Shown here: positions 23,646 through 35,830 of the stretch, one piece after another
How positions within the stretch are numbered: the first letter of the stretch is position 1
Layout: every line of letters begins with the position of its first letter
Assembly: GCF_001194135.2 (NCBI RefSeq)
Contig: NC_068983.1
Span: 150,645,414-150,683,996, forward strand
DNA: 38,583 nucleotides
Source: Octopus bimaculoides
Taxonomy: Eukaryota
Direction of reading: 5' to 3'
Position numbers and translations under genes: made by a program
Notes under the pieces: model-generated
The model's database searches: none
Seen by the model: only the letters and a program-made list of their open reading frames with translations
What the model was told of the DNA's origin: nothing

Positions 23646-24089
23646 NNNNNNNNNNNNNNNNNNNNNNNNNNNNNNNNNNNNNNNNNNNNNNNNNNNNNNN
23701 NNNNNNNNNNNNNNNNNNNNNNNNNNNNNNNNNNNNNNNNNNNNNNNNNNNNNNNNNNNNNNNNNNNNNNNNNNNNNNNNNNNNNNNNNNNNNNNNNNNN
23801 NNNNNNNNNNNNNNNNNNNNNNNNNNNNNNNNNNNNNNNNNNNNNNNNNNNNNNNNNNNNNNNNNNNNNNNNNNNNNNNNNNNNNNNNNNNNNNNNNNNN
23901 NNNNNNNNNNNNNNNNNNNNNNNNNCCAATGAATAAAGTAATCGAGCCAAACAATTTATTAACAAAAATAAAAATAGTTAAACCACCAATATCAACTGTT
24001 ACGGCTGTAGCCGAGACATCGCCTTTGCTTTTAAATACAACAACAACAACATAACAATAGCATCAAAAACAAAAGTCAATACTGAAGAC

Positions 24090-24114
24090 ATTATTGTTGT
24101 TGTTGCTGTTGTTG

Positions 24115-24157
<43 letters not shown>

Positions 24158-24228
24158 TGTTGTATAATATTATTATTATTATTACTATTATCTTGTTGTT
24201 GTTGCTGTTGTTTTTGTTGTTGTTGTTT
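24090..24228. repeat. (TTG)n/(TTA)n compound array
   Basis: Direct read. Confidence 0.92.
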
Positions 24229-24275
24229 ATACGTAAACTGAAAGTCCGTTTTGTTCTGTTGCCCTTTCTGCCAAG

Positions 24276-24317
24276 GAAAGGAAAAAGCCCGCGATAGATC
24301 TTTGTTCGGGTGAACAG
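24276..24317 (+). CDS. Candidate 42-nt internal exon of unknown host gene (ERKKPAIDLCSGEQ)
   Basis: Acceptor TTTTGTTCTGTTGCCCTTTCTGCCAAG|, donor CAG|GTATCT, only phase 0 open. No homology recognised. Confidence 0.3.
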
Positions 24318-24414
24318 GTATCTCTCTCCGAACCTCTTTCCCCCTCAACCGTTTCTGCCCTCACCTCGTTGTTTCAGAACTTGTTTATGATGTTTATCGC
24401 ACGGCAAGATAAAC

Positions 24415-24484
<70 letters not shown>

Positions 24485-24847
24485 ACACATGCACGCATAT
24501 ATGCATGAACACACATCAAGCATAAACATTTGGTAACAAAGAGAAGAAAAACACAACAGGAACATTGGTGACAGCAGCCTCAAATGAAGGGAGATAATCG
24601 CCTGAAGCTTTTAAAATAAGTTAGTTTGATGTAAATAAGTCCAGTGCTGGATAAGAAACTAGAAAAGGAAAAAAAAAAAAATAAAATGAAATGAAATGAA
24701 AATAAAATGAAAACCAAGAACAAGGAAAACAACAATAAGTATGTTTAAAACGCCTTTCGGAAGATGAGTAAATATTAACACAATATTGGAGATTTAGGGA
24801 TTGCTGAAATGAAATTCGCTTCAGTGTGTATGTATGCATTGCATACA

Positions 24848-24878
<31 letters not shown>

Positions 24879-25301
24879 ATGTGTGTATGTGTGTATGTAT
24901 GTGTGTGTGTATGTGTGTGTGTGTGTATATGTACATATGCATATACGTCCATTCATGCATGCACACATATGTATATTCAACGATACATACGTACATACGT
25001 GAATACGTAAATACATACACACATATGCATGCATCTGCGTGTGTATATGTGTGTATGTGTGTGTGTGTATGTGTGTGTGTATGTGTGTGTTTGTGTGTTT
25101 GTGTGTGTGTGTGTATTAACTTTGAAAACAATCTGAAAGATAAAGTAGAGAAGATACCTTCTTTTGCACATATGTATATATGTATGCATTGACATACACA
25201 TATACATACATACAAAGATAAATATATATGTATATATATACACACAAACAAACATTCATTCATACATCTATGTATATATGCAAATATATATNNNNNNNNN
25301 N

Positions 25302-25335
<34 letters not shown>

Positions 25336-25745
25336 ATATATATATATAGATATACATACATATACATACATACATACAGTTTCTGAATATATCGTGCGTA
25401 TGAAACTCACAAGGGATATGTATCTATTCGTGGATCTGTGTACGTGTGTATATAATGTATGTACCTGTGTGTGTGTATCCATAGTGGGTTCGTCATTGAT
25501 TGCACATTCGCACAATCGCTTAATATATGCATTAGAACAGAGATAAAATACCCCAAAGTACACATGTACACACAAACTAGAAGCTTTTTACAAGGTTCAG
25601 TTTGCTCCATCACCTAAGTTTTCCTCAAGATATTATTACTTCAGGAACAAAGACCCATTTTCAAACTGGGCATGTTCTGTCCCTCTAGGATCTACAACCG
25701 TTTATATTTAATCTAACTCTTTCCTCTTCTTTCACTTTCTGACAG

Positions 25746-25760
25746 ACACCTACTAACGAG
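25746..25760 (+). CDS. Candidate 15-nt microexon (ACACCTACTAACGAG)
   Basis: Branch-like CTAAC at 25713-25717, ~25-nt pyrimidine tract, CAG| acceptor, GAG|GTAATC donor; frame-preserving length. Confidence 0.42.
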
Positions 25761-25992
25761 GTAATCTTTTTTGTCGCTCGACCTACTGAAAATAACAGCT
25801 AAACTTGCATCAATTGATATCTTATTGTCTTGAAAATAGACATATTGGGCAATGTAGTCCTAGACATATTGTGCCTAAAAAGACAAGTTTTGCTGCTGAT
25901 GAAATACTTTTGATCAAACATGCAGACCTGGAGCTAAACAACAATATTGATAGCACTATCCATCCTATCACATTTCACTACACCATATATAT

Positions 25993-26125
25993 CAGGGATT
26001 CTCAGCCTTTTTTTTTTTTTACCTACGGACTTCTTTGGTTCCTATTTTATTCGGGTGGACCCCCATAGCCTTCCGATGTTTTAAAAAATCCTCTTACATT
26101 TTTATAATTAAATATTATTAGGATT
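25993..26125 (+). mobile_element. hAT/Charlie-like MITE left end, truncated
   Basis: Starts CAGGGATTCTCAGCCTTTTT, resembling the CAGGGGTTCTCAACC hAT terminus. No right TIR found. Confidence 0.5.
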
Positions 26126-26135
26126 TTATTTTTTT

Positions 26136-26320
26136 ATTCTTTTACTCGTTTCAGTCATTTGACTGGGACCATGCTGGAGCACCGCCTTTAGTCGAACAAA
26201 TCGTCCCTAATTCTATCGGTCTCTTTTGCCGAAGCGGTAAGTTACGGGGATGTAAACACACCAGCATCGGTTGTCACATACGACGAGCTTCTTTCAGTTT
26301 CCGTCTACCAAATCCACTCA
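26136..26320 (-). mobile_element. CORE-type SINE 3' half with tail type C (...CCAGCATGG..CAGTCAAATGACTGAAAC), linker deleted
   Basis: GACGAGCTTCTTTCAGTTTCCGTCTACCAAATCCACTCA is the CORE-family body. It is joined to TTTACTCGTTTCAGTCATTTGACTG...CACACCAGCATCGGTTGTCA. Confidence 0.8.
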
Positions 26321-26670
26321 GAAATACGTGGAGTTATGCTGCAGTTGTCTTGCTTTTATTGAGAGAACATGGCTCAAATTAGTCTCTGTTTTCGAAACGT
26401 TTTGATTAGCCGAGGATTATCACGTGATCAAATTTAGAAAATTTTTTAAAAGTTTCCCGCTACGTCCGTTCTTTAACGTCATGTAACAATATGTTTGGCG
26501 CCGTAAGTTAAAGCTGGTTAAGTCTTTAAAAGTCGTTAAGTCTTTAAGTTAAAGTCGGTTAAGTCTTTAAAAATGTAACAATAAAAAGAACTAAACGAAT
26601 CCCAGTGCATGTTCAACTTCTTTGTTTATATTTCTGCTCGTGTGGAATAAAATAACTTTGTTTTCTGTAT

Positions 26671-26722
<52 letters not shown>

Positions 26723-27416
26723 CTGGATGACATGACTAACAATTTTGCAATAGATTTCCTGTTGTTATTCTTAAACCCACTTTAAAATAGAAAACTGAAA
26801 TTAAAATACACTCACATACACTGATACACACATTTCAAAAGATGTGATGGACGTTATACATTGCTCAATATACATATTTTACTTACTGCTTATGGTTGCT
26901 TATCATATACAGGGATGACTATTTTCGCTTTTATTCGTATATCCCTTGACGAATGTACATCTCAATCTGTGATGTGCAGCTAGGTATTTAGAAGGGACAT
27001 GCTTTCTTCGCGTCACAAATACACAAAGAGATGGAGATTGCCCTGAAGTGTGTCATGGCTTATTGGTCATTTCTCAAACAACAAGGGTCTCTCATCCTTC
27101 TGTTTACGAAGCAATCGCTCTTTGATTCAATTATAAAATATTACTTTGCTGAAATGAGTAGATCAATTTGCATATCGTACTTTAGTTGGCGGCGTGATTA
27201 GATACTCAATATATATATATATATATAATACAATGTCTGCAAGTTGATGAGTACCACATATTCCCCTTCATTTTGTTATTGCTATATATATATATATAAA
27301 TATATATATATAAATATATATAAAGAATATACATACACACACATATATATATATGGAATATACATAAGTATATTTACACAGGTATGTATATATATATATA
27401 TATGTATGTATGTATG

Positions 27417-27475
<59 letters not shown>

Positions 27476-28395
27476 NNNNNNNNNNNNNNNNNNNNNNNNN
27501 NNNNNNNNNNNNNNNNNNNNNNNNNNNNNNNNNNNNNNNNNNNNNNNNNNNNNNNNNNNNNNNNNNNNNNNNNNNNNNNNNNNNNNNNNNNNNNNNNNNN
27601 NNNNNNNNNNNNNNNNNNNNNNNNNNNNNNNNNNNNNNNNNNNNNNNNNNNNNNNNNNNNNNNNNNNNNNNNNNNNNNNNNNNNNNNNNNNNNNNNNNNN
27701 NNNNNNNNNNNNNNNNNNNNNNNNNNNNNNNNNNNNNNNNNNNNNNNNNNNNNNNNNNNNNNNNNNNNNNNNNNNNNNNNNNNNNNNNNNNNNNNNNNNN
27801 NNNNNNNNNNNNNNNNNNNNNNNNNNNNNNNNNNNNNNNNNNNNNNNNNNNNNNNNNNNNNNNNNNNNNNNNNNNNNNNNNNNNNNNNNNNNNNNNNNNN
27901 NNNNNNNNNNNNNNNNNNNNNNNNNNNNNNNNNNNNNNNNNNNNNNNNNNNNNNNNNNNNNNNNNNNNNNNNNNNNNNNNNNNNNNNNNNNNNNNNNNNN
28001 NNNNNNNNNNNNNNNNNNNNNNNNNNNNNNNNNNNNNNNNNNNNNNNNNNNNNNNNNNNNNNNNNNNNNNNNNNNNNNNNNNNNNNNNNNNNNNNNNNNN
28101 NNNNNNNNNNNNNNNNNNNNNNNNNNNNNNNNNNNNNNNNNNNNNNNNNNNNNNNNNNNNNNNNNNNNNNNNNNNNNNNNNNNNNNNNNNNNNNNNNNNN
28201 NNNNNNNNNNNNNNNNNNNNNNNNNNNNNNNNNNNNNNNNNNNNNNNNNNNNNNNNNNNNNNNNNNNNNNNNNNNNNNNNNNNNNNNNNNNNNNNNNNNN
28301 NNNNNNNNNNNNNNNNNNNNNNNNNNNNNNNNNNNNNNNNNNNNNNNNNNNNNNNNNNNNNNNNNNNNNNNNNNNNNNNNNNNNNNNNNNNNNNN

Positions 28396-28434
28396 ATGCT
28401 GATGATGATGATGATAATAATAATAATAATAATA

Positions 28435-28472
<38 letters not shown>

Positions 28473-28482
28473 AATGATGATG

Positions 28483-28546
<64 letters not shown>

Positions 28547-28588
28547 CAACAACAACAGCAACAATAATAATAATAATAATACTAATAC

Positions 28589-28633
<45 letters not shown>

Positions 28634-28650
28634 TAATAATAATAATAATG
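28396..28650. repeat. (ATT/ATC)n array on minus strand, tail of the adjacent LINE-like end
   Basis: Direct read; begins immediately after AATAAAGAAAT on the minus strand. Confidence 0.93.
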
Positions 28651-28893
28651 ATTTCTTTATTAACCACGTGGGTTTACATTAAGAAAAACATTATGGACAG
28701 TACAGGACAAAACAAAGAATGTGTGTGTGTATGTGTGTGAGTGTGTGTTGTGAGGGTTTTGTGTGTAAACAAAACCAACAAAATTTAAAAGAATCAACAA
28801 TGTGTGATCCTCAATAGGGAGGAGACGATCGAGAGCTGCTCATGGAAAAATCCCATAACAAAAATCCATGGGTACCCTGACTTTTGGGGCAGG
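28651..28893 (-). mobile_element. LINE-like 3' UTR with AATAAA (possibly L1/Tx1 group)
   Basis: Minus strand ends TGTAAACCCACGTGGTTAATAAAGAAAT+(ATT)n, homologous to the 30725 and 35589 tails. The family label comes from recall only; no ORF is visible. Confidence 0.55.
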
Positions 28894-29404
28894 TACTTTC
28901 TTTCCTTTCCTTTTTTTATTTTTCAACTACAGGCGTATGCTCAGAGCAGGCCCATTCACCCGCGCCATTATCGTCACTTTCATGCCCCTTTCAGCAATTT
29001 GGTTAGAAGACCCTTATTTTTTTTTCAAGTGAAACTTGAAGTAATAAATGTTTCTCTTTATTTGTCACAAGGGCCCACCTATTCACTTCAAAATGTTTTT
29101 GCAGAAAGGGGTTAGAAGTGAGAGTATGTACATATATGTAGGTGTATCTCTTCTACTTTTAATCATTATAAATCTTCCACTGAGGAGAGAGCCGGTTTCG
29201 AAGCAAGATACAACTGAAGTGCTGTTGCATCTCTCTATCCCTTCAAGCGTCACATCCTTGATGTCCTGTTAGACCAATGGTTGAAAGACTGAGATGGTAT
29301 TTATGTTGGCTCGCGACCACTACATTGGTACTGAAAACAATTAGTGAAAGTATGCTACCAAGTCCAGTTCTCTTGTAAGTGATGGCTATTGTCTTTTTAT
29401 CACT

Positions 29405-29534
29405 CGTGGCTCGTAAGAATGTCGGAAAAATGTCTCCCGATATTTATTATGTATCTTTGCGCTCTGAGTTCAAATCACTCCGAGGACAACTTCACCTTTC
29501 GTCCCTCTGAAATCGATGAAATAAAGCACAAGTC
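29405..29534 (+). mobile_element. Highly decayed SINE, GTCGACTTTGCCTTTCATCC type
   Basis: CTCTGAGTTCAAATCACTCCGAGGACAACTTCACCTTTCGTCCCTCTGAAATCGATGAAATAAAGCAC. Confidence 0.6.
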
Positions 29535-30704
29535 TTGTTACGGACGTAAATTCTTCCACTCAGTTTCTGTGACAATTAGATACCCAGAATATTCCTCTGT
29601 CTCAAGACAATTACTTAACTTCTTTTGTATAGAAAGAATATAGTCGCAAAGACTGAAGTAGACATGAAGAAGACATGAAGTCACATGAAGCTTAATAAAA
29701 ATCAACGGCAATAACAAAAAGAACAAGAGACTCTAGTTTTCAGAGTACCACCAGCCAAAAATCTGGAGAGAGCAAAAGAAATATTATCCAGTATCATAAG
29801 AAGATGAGCAAATACCGCGTCTCTTGAGGGTACGAACCTGTAGTACTAAAACATTCATAATGCGATGAGGAAGAAATGATCACGGATGAAAATTCGAAAG
29901 AAAAATAGAGGAAAAAATTCACAGAATAAAGTTTTAATATCAACAAAACAGGTGAAAAGAAACAATTTCATCAAATCGACAACAAAATCATTCTTCAGGA
30001 AAATATCGAATAGAGTGAAGCGAATGAAGATGAACTAAAATTTACGATTCTTCCCAAATCAATAAAACAGCCAATAGACAAATTTACGCATCTCTGGTGC
30101 CACAAACACTTCGAAATTGTAATGTCAAAAATACATTTAGGTTCAGAATAACAGCATCGTGCAAAAACTACAATAGATTGCTTGTAAAATCAAAGCCAAT
30201 ATATTGTATCGAACTTTAAAAGAAATGTCTTCAGTATGTCGGTATCTTGCAGTACCGCATGTCACAAAAAATGCTTACTAGTGCATTCAGTTACACTTGA
30301 ACATAATTTGAAAAAAGGTCAAGTGAGCGGGTCGTATAGTATGCAACACAACCTTGTCAAATAATCTTTCATGTTCTAGTTTTCAAATCATATCCTGTTT
30401 TAATTATTTTGTTTTATTGTACTTCTTATTTATTTCCGTGAAAATGTGTATATGTATGAATATTTATTTCTGTGTATGAAACTATGTACATGTCTATCTA
30501 TCNNNNNNNNNNCTATCTATCTATCTATCTACATATACAAACACGCATATACGTGCAACATATATGTACATGTGTGCACCATTAAATATTGTTAGTACCT
30601 CATTCCATATATCGTAATACATGTCTTAACCACTTTTCATAATTTGAAAGTGAATCTTTTGCAGACTCCACGTTAACCTTTCTTTGAAATCCCTTATGAT
30701 ACTT

Positions 30705-30753
30705 TCGTACTTTTTATACCGCTTCTAGCCCTTGTGGCCAATAAAGAAACGAA

Positions 30754-30812
<59 letters not shown>

Positions 30813-30835
30813 CATTATTATTATCATTATTATCA
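30705..30835 (+). mobile_element. Very short LINE-like 3' end plus (ATT)n tail
   Basis: TAGCCCTTGTGGCCAATAAAGAAACGAA followed by (ATT)n at ~30754-30835. Confidence 0.65.
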
Positions 30836-31398
30836 TCCTCCTCCTCCTCCCCCTCCTCCTCCTCCTCCTCCGCCTCATNNNNNNNNNNNNNNNNNNNNNN
30901 NNNNNNNNNNNNNNNNNNNNNNNNNNNNNNNNNNNNNNNNNNNNNNNNNNNNNNNNNNNNNNNNNNNNNNNNNNNNNNNNNNNNNNNNNNNNNNNNNNNN
31001 NNNNNNNNNNNNNNNNNNNNNNNNNNNNNNNNNNNNNNNNNNNNNNNNNNNNNNNNNNNNNNNNNNNNNNNNNNNNNNNNNNNNNNNNNNNNNNNNNNNN
31101 NNNNNNNNNNNNNNNNNNNNNNNNNNNNNNNNNNNNNNNNNNNNNNNNNNNNNNNAAGTATTTACCTTCCCAAAAATAAAGAACAACAAGGAAAAAGTAA
31201 GAAACATAACAAGCACTCAAAGTAGACACAACATGCTATAAAGCTCGATCAAGTATCTCATATAAAGATTCTTTGCACAGCAAATATTATTGCTATTTGT
31301 CGAAAGATGATAGCCAGTTTGTTTACGTTTTACACGATTTCTTAACAGGCTGGTTTGTTCTTAATGTTGGCTGGTTGGTTGATTCTGCCAGGTAGCTA

Positions 31399-32655
<1,257 letters not shown>

Positions 32656-32739
32656 AGATTCTTATAAGTTGACGCTGTTATTGTAAGTCAGAGAAGGATG
32701 GTAATCCCATGACCTTTGCAAACTCTTCAAGATTAGAGA

Positions 32740-32990
32740 GAGAGATTGATGTGGTTGACATCAACTTTGAATTTTTTTGTAGGTATATGTATTAGCAATA
32801 AGCGTAGGCGGAATGCTGGAAAGTATTAATTTACAGTGAGACGTAATTCTGGGGAGGAATAATTGGAAAAGTGTTTAGTGTGAGATACGAGGCAGAGGTG
32901 AGACACAGCAAAGGTTTTCAAATGAAGAGACGAATTGTTTGGGTGCTCCCAAGAAAACTGTAATCAACAAGTTAGTAGAGAGAGGATCAA
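32740..32990 (-). mobile_element. Decayed CR1/L2/Jockey-type LINE 3' end
   Basis: Minus strand HTKHFSN-(frameshift)-FLPRITSH at 32816-32883 resembles the C-terminal SFFPRT..WN.LP motif of these LINEs. Confidence 0.45.
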
Positions 32991-33046
32991 TAACCAAATG
33001 CTATAGCAGTAGTAAAATCAGAGAAATGAAACATGTATTCCTCGAT

Positions 33047-33165
33047 TTTTATTTAGTTTAAGTCATTTGATTGGAGTTACGCTGCTGTAGCTCTTTAAAG
33101 GGTACAACAGATCATATCGAGCCCCGGAATTGACAGGTATTATTTTATCGAACCCCTTGGAGTGA
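33047..33165 (-). mobile_element. Decayed hybrid SINE: central block of the GTCGACTTTG type with tail type C
   Basis: AGTCATTTGA (tail C) followed by ATCGAGCCCC..GACAGGTATTATTTTATCGAACCCC (central block). Confidence 0.45.
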
Positions 33166-33363
33166 TAATTACTTTATCAATTTTAGAAGAATAAAAATAT
33201 AATTAAAATTCATGAGATTTTTTTTTATTAGTAATAAGCAAAGATGAAATAATATCGGATACAGACAGATGTTCTAAATTTCACTCGAAATAGACTTCTC
33301 TATTGGTGGTTCCCAATCTTCTACATGTAGATGTTATTTAACTAATTCTGAAGCATCTATGTA

Positions 33364-33540
33364 ATGTATGTATGTATGTATGTATGTATGTATGTATGTA
33401 TGTATGTATGTATCTGTCTGTCTGTCTGTCTGCCTGCCTGCCCGCCCGTCTGTCTGCCTGTCAATGCATATAAGATCATTCAGCAAAACCTGAACCTTTA
33501 TATGTCGTCTTCGACGGGAGATTCATCACACACACGCAAA

Positions 33541-33625
<85 letters not shown>
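33364..33625. repeat. (TATG)n, (TCTG)n and (CA)n arrays before gap 33626-34438
   Basis: Direct read. Confidence 0.92.
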
Positions 33626-34438
33626 NNNNNNNNNNNNNNNNNNNNNNNNNNNNNNNNNNNNNNNNNNNNNNNNNNNNNNNNNNNNNNNNNNNNNNNNNNN
33701 NNNNNNNNNNNNNNNNNNNNNNNNNNNNNNNNNNNNNNNNNNNNNNNNNNNNNNNNNNNNNNNNNNNNNNNNNNNNNNNNNNNNNNNNNNNNNNNNNNNN
33801 NNNNNNNNNNNNNNNNNNNNNNNNNNNNNNNNNNNNNNNNNNNNNNNNNNNNNNNNNNNNNNNNNNNNNNNNNNNNNNNNNNNNNNNNNNNNNNNNNNNN
33901 NNNNNNNNNNNNNNNNNNNNNNNNNNNNNNNNNNNNNNNNNNNNNNNNNNNNNNNNNNNNNNNNNNNNNNNNNNNNNNNNNNNNNNNNNNNNNNNNNNNN
34001 NNNNNNNNNNNNNNNNNNNNNNNNNNNNNNNNNNNNNNNNNNNNNNNNNNNNNNNNNNNNNNNNNNNNNNNNNNNNNNNNNNNNNNNNNNNNNNNNNNNN
34101 NNNNNNNNNNNNNNNNNNNNNNNNNNNNNNNNNNNNNNNNNNNNNNNNNNNNNNNNNNNNNNNNNNNNNNNNNNNNNNNNNNNNNNNNNNNNNNNNNNNN
34201 NNNNNNNNNNNNNNNNNNNNNNNNNNNNNNNNNNNNNNNNNNNNNNNNNNNNNNNNNNNNNNNNNNNNNNNNNNNNNNNNNNNNNNNNNNNNNNNNNNNN
34301 NNNNNNNNNNNNNNNNNNNNNNNNNNNNNNNNNNNNNNNNNNNNNNNNNNNNNNNNNNNNNNNNNNNNNNNNNNNNNNNNNNNNNNNNNNNNNNNNNNNN
34401 NNNNNNNNNNNNNNNNNNNNNNNNNNNNNNNNNNNNNN

Positions 34439-34792
34439 GTGTGTGTGTGCGTGTGTATGTGTGTGAGACAGAGTGAGAGAGCGGTGTGTATGTAGTATTT
34501 ACTCTCTCTCTCTCATACACACTCTCACACACATTCACACACAAAATAGAGAGTGAAGCTTTTTGCCGTTGTTACGTCAATACCGGAAGTTGACATTGAG
34601 GAACCTTTTTAAAGAAGTGAATCCTAAATATAAAGCAATATTATTTATTTTTAATTAAAAAAATCAAATGAAGAGCTTAAGATTTATCCGATGTCAAATT
34701 ATTCATGCATCACAAGTATGGAAGCATTTGGTGAAGTCGATTTCACGTGGAAAGCGATTACACACACATCTCTGTTTTATATATAGTATAGA
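34439..34792 (-). mobile_element. Possible non-autonomous Helitron 5' end
   Basis: Minus strand A|TCTATACTATATATAAAACAGAGATGTGTGTGT resembles the TC(T/C)ATACTA..ATAAA..GTGTG starts of invertebrate Helitron-N families. No CTAG 3' end is visible; it may lie in the gap. Confidence 0.45.
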
Positions 34793-35186
34793 TATATATA
34801 TAAATCTTAAAAAAAAAACAGATTAACGTAGACCTGGTGTGTTCGAAAAACTGAAGATAGTGAAAGTGTTTACGTAAAAGTTTCCTCCCATCAGATCCAT
34901 GTTAATCTGCTTTCTAAAAAGATTTTTGATATAGTTAGTAATATTTTTATTTAGTAAGTAATAGTACACGCTCACACGCACACACACGGGCGCTCACACA
35001 AAGCACACTCATACGCACACAGAGGCATACACACATATCATATGTATATACGCCTGTATGCATGCAGTGAATCCAAGCAAGTTTTATGAGAATCTATGCC
35101 TGATAATGGCCGATTGAACCGTTTGAACCGATCGTTTTCAATGTTATTTAACAAGTCACAAGAACCTATTTACGTCTCTTTTGTAG

Positions 35187-35232
35187 GATGACGAGCACAC
35201 GTAACGAAGGCTACTTATTAGAATATACAGAA
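35187..35232 (+). CDS. Candidate 46-nt exon (G+MTSTRNEGYLLEYTE, or DDEHT* if phase 0)
   Basis: Acceptor TTTACGTCTCTTTTGTAG|, donor GAA|GTATGT, in unique CpG-retaining sequence. No homology recognised. Confidence 0.35.
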
Positions 35233-35588
35233 GTATGTTCTTAGATGCATCATTTAAATAATAGTTTAAATGATGGCGTAAGGTTGGCGGCTGAACAAAG
35301 ACAACGAGTACCAATATAATACCTGATGAATTAAGTAAGAATGAAATTTTTAGCTTCGACTCCCATTGCATGTAAGCGAAACGGTCCCCATTGGGTCTAA
35401 TTTCACAGCGAGACTAAATACATATAAGTATTAACCAATTCATTTTATTTTATATCTATAATCCTCGCTGTATTGATACACTGGTAATAAGTAAACATTT
35501 AATGCAACGTCATCTCAATTTAATGAAAAAAAAGCTACAAAAAATAAAAACAATCCTGCCTTTCATCACTTTTCCTCATTCTAAACAC

Positions 35589-35830
35589 TATTTCTTATTT
35601 CTTTATTGCCCACAAGGGGCTAAACATAGAGGGGACAAATAAGGACAGACAAAGGGGTTAAGTCGATTACATCAACCCCAGTGCGAAACTGGTACTTAAT
35701 TTATCGACCCCCGAAAGGATAAAAGGCAAAGTCGACCTAGGCGGATTTTGAACTCAGAACGTAACGGCAGACGAAATACCGCTAAGCATTTCGCCCGGCG
35801 TACTAACGTTTCTTCCAGCTCGCCGCCTTG
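35589..35830 (-). mobile_element. Full-length tRNA-derived SINE (MetaSINE-like central block) with LINE-like tail type B and TSD
   Basis: Head GGCGGCGAGCTGGAAGAAACGTTAG, B box GAGTTCAAAATCC, block GTCGACTTTGCCTTTTATCCTTTCGGGGGTCGATAAATTAAGTACCAG, tail TAGCCCCTTGTGGGCAATAAAGAAATAAGAAATA. Flanked by TAAACAC(T/A)ATTTC at 35582-35594 and 35831-35843. Confidence 0.92.

Noticed and set aside
25805-26068. 87-aa ORF
   Set aside because: It runs into a MITE end and has no recognisable motifs.
29750-30220. A-rich segment with ELKFTILPK, faintly like a Penelope N-terminal region
   Set aside because: One weak motif among many stops; not supportable without a search.
35315-35350. CTGATGA-N13-GAAA hammerhead-like core
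   Set aside because: Stem II is only 3 weak A-U pairs, and no stem I/III partners or cleavage triplet could be found.
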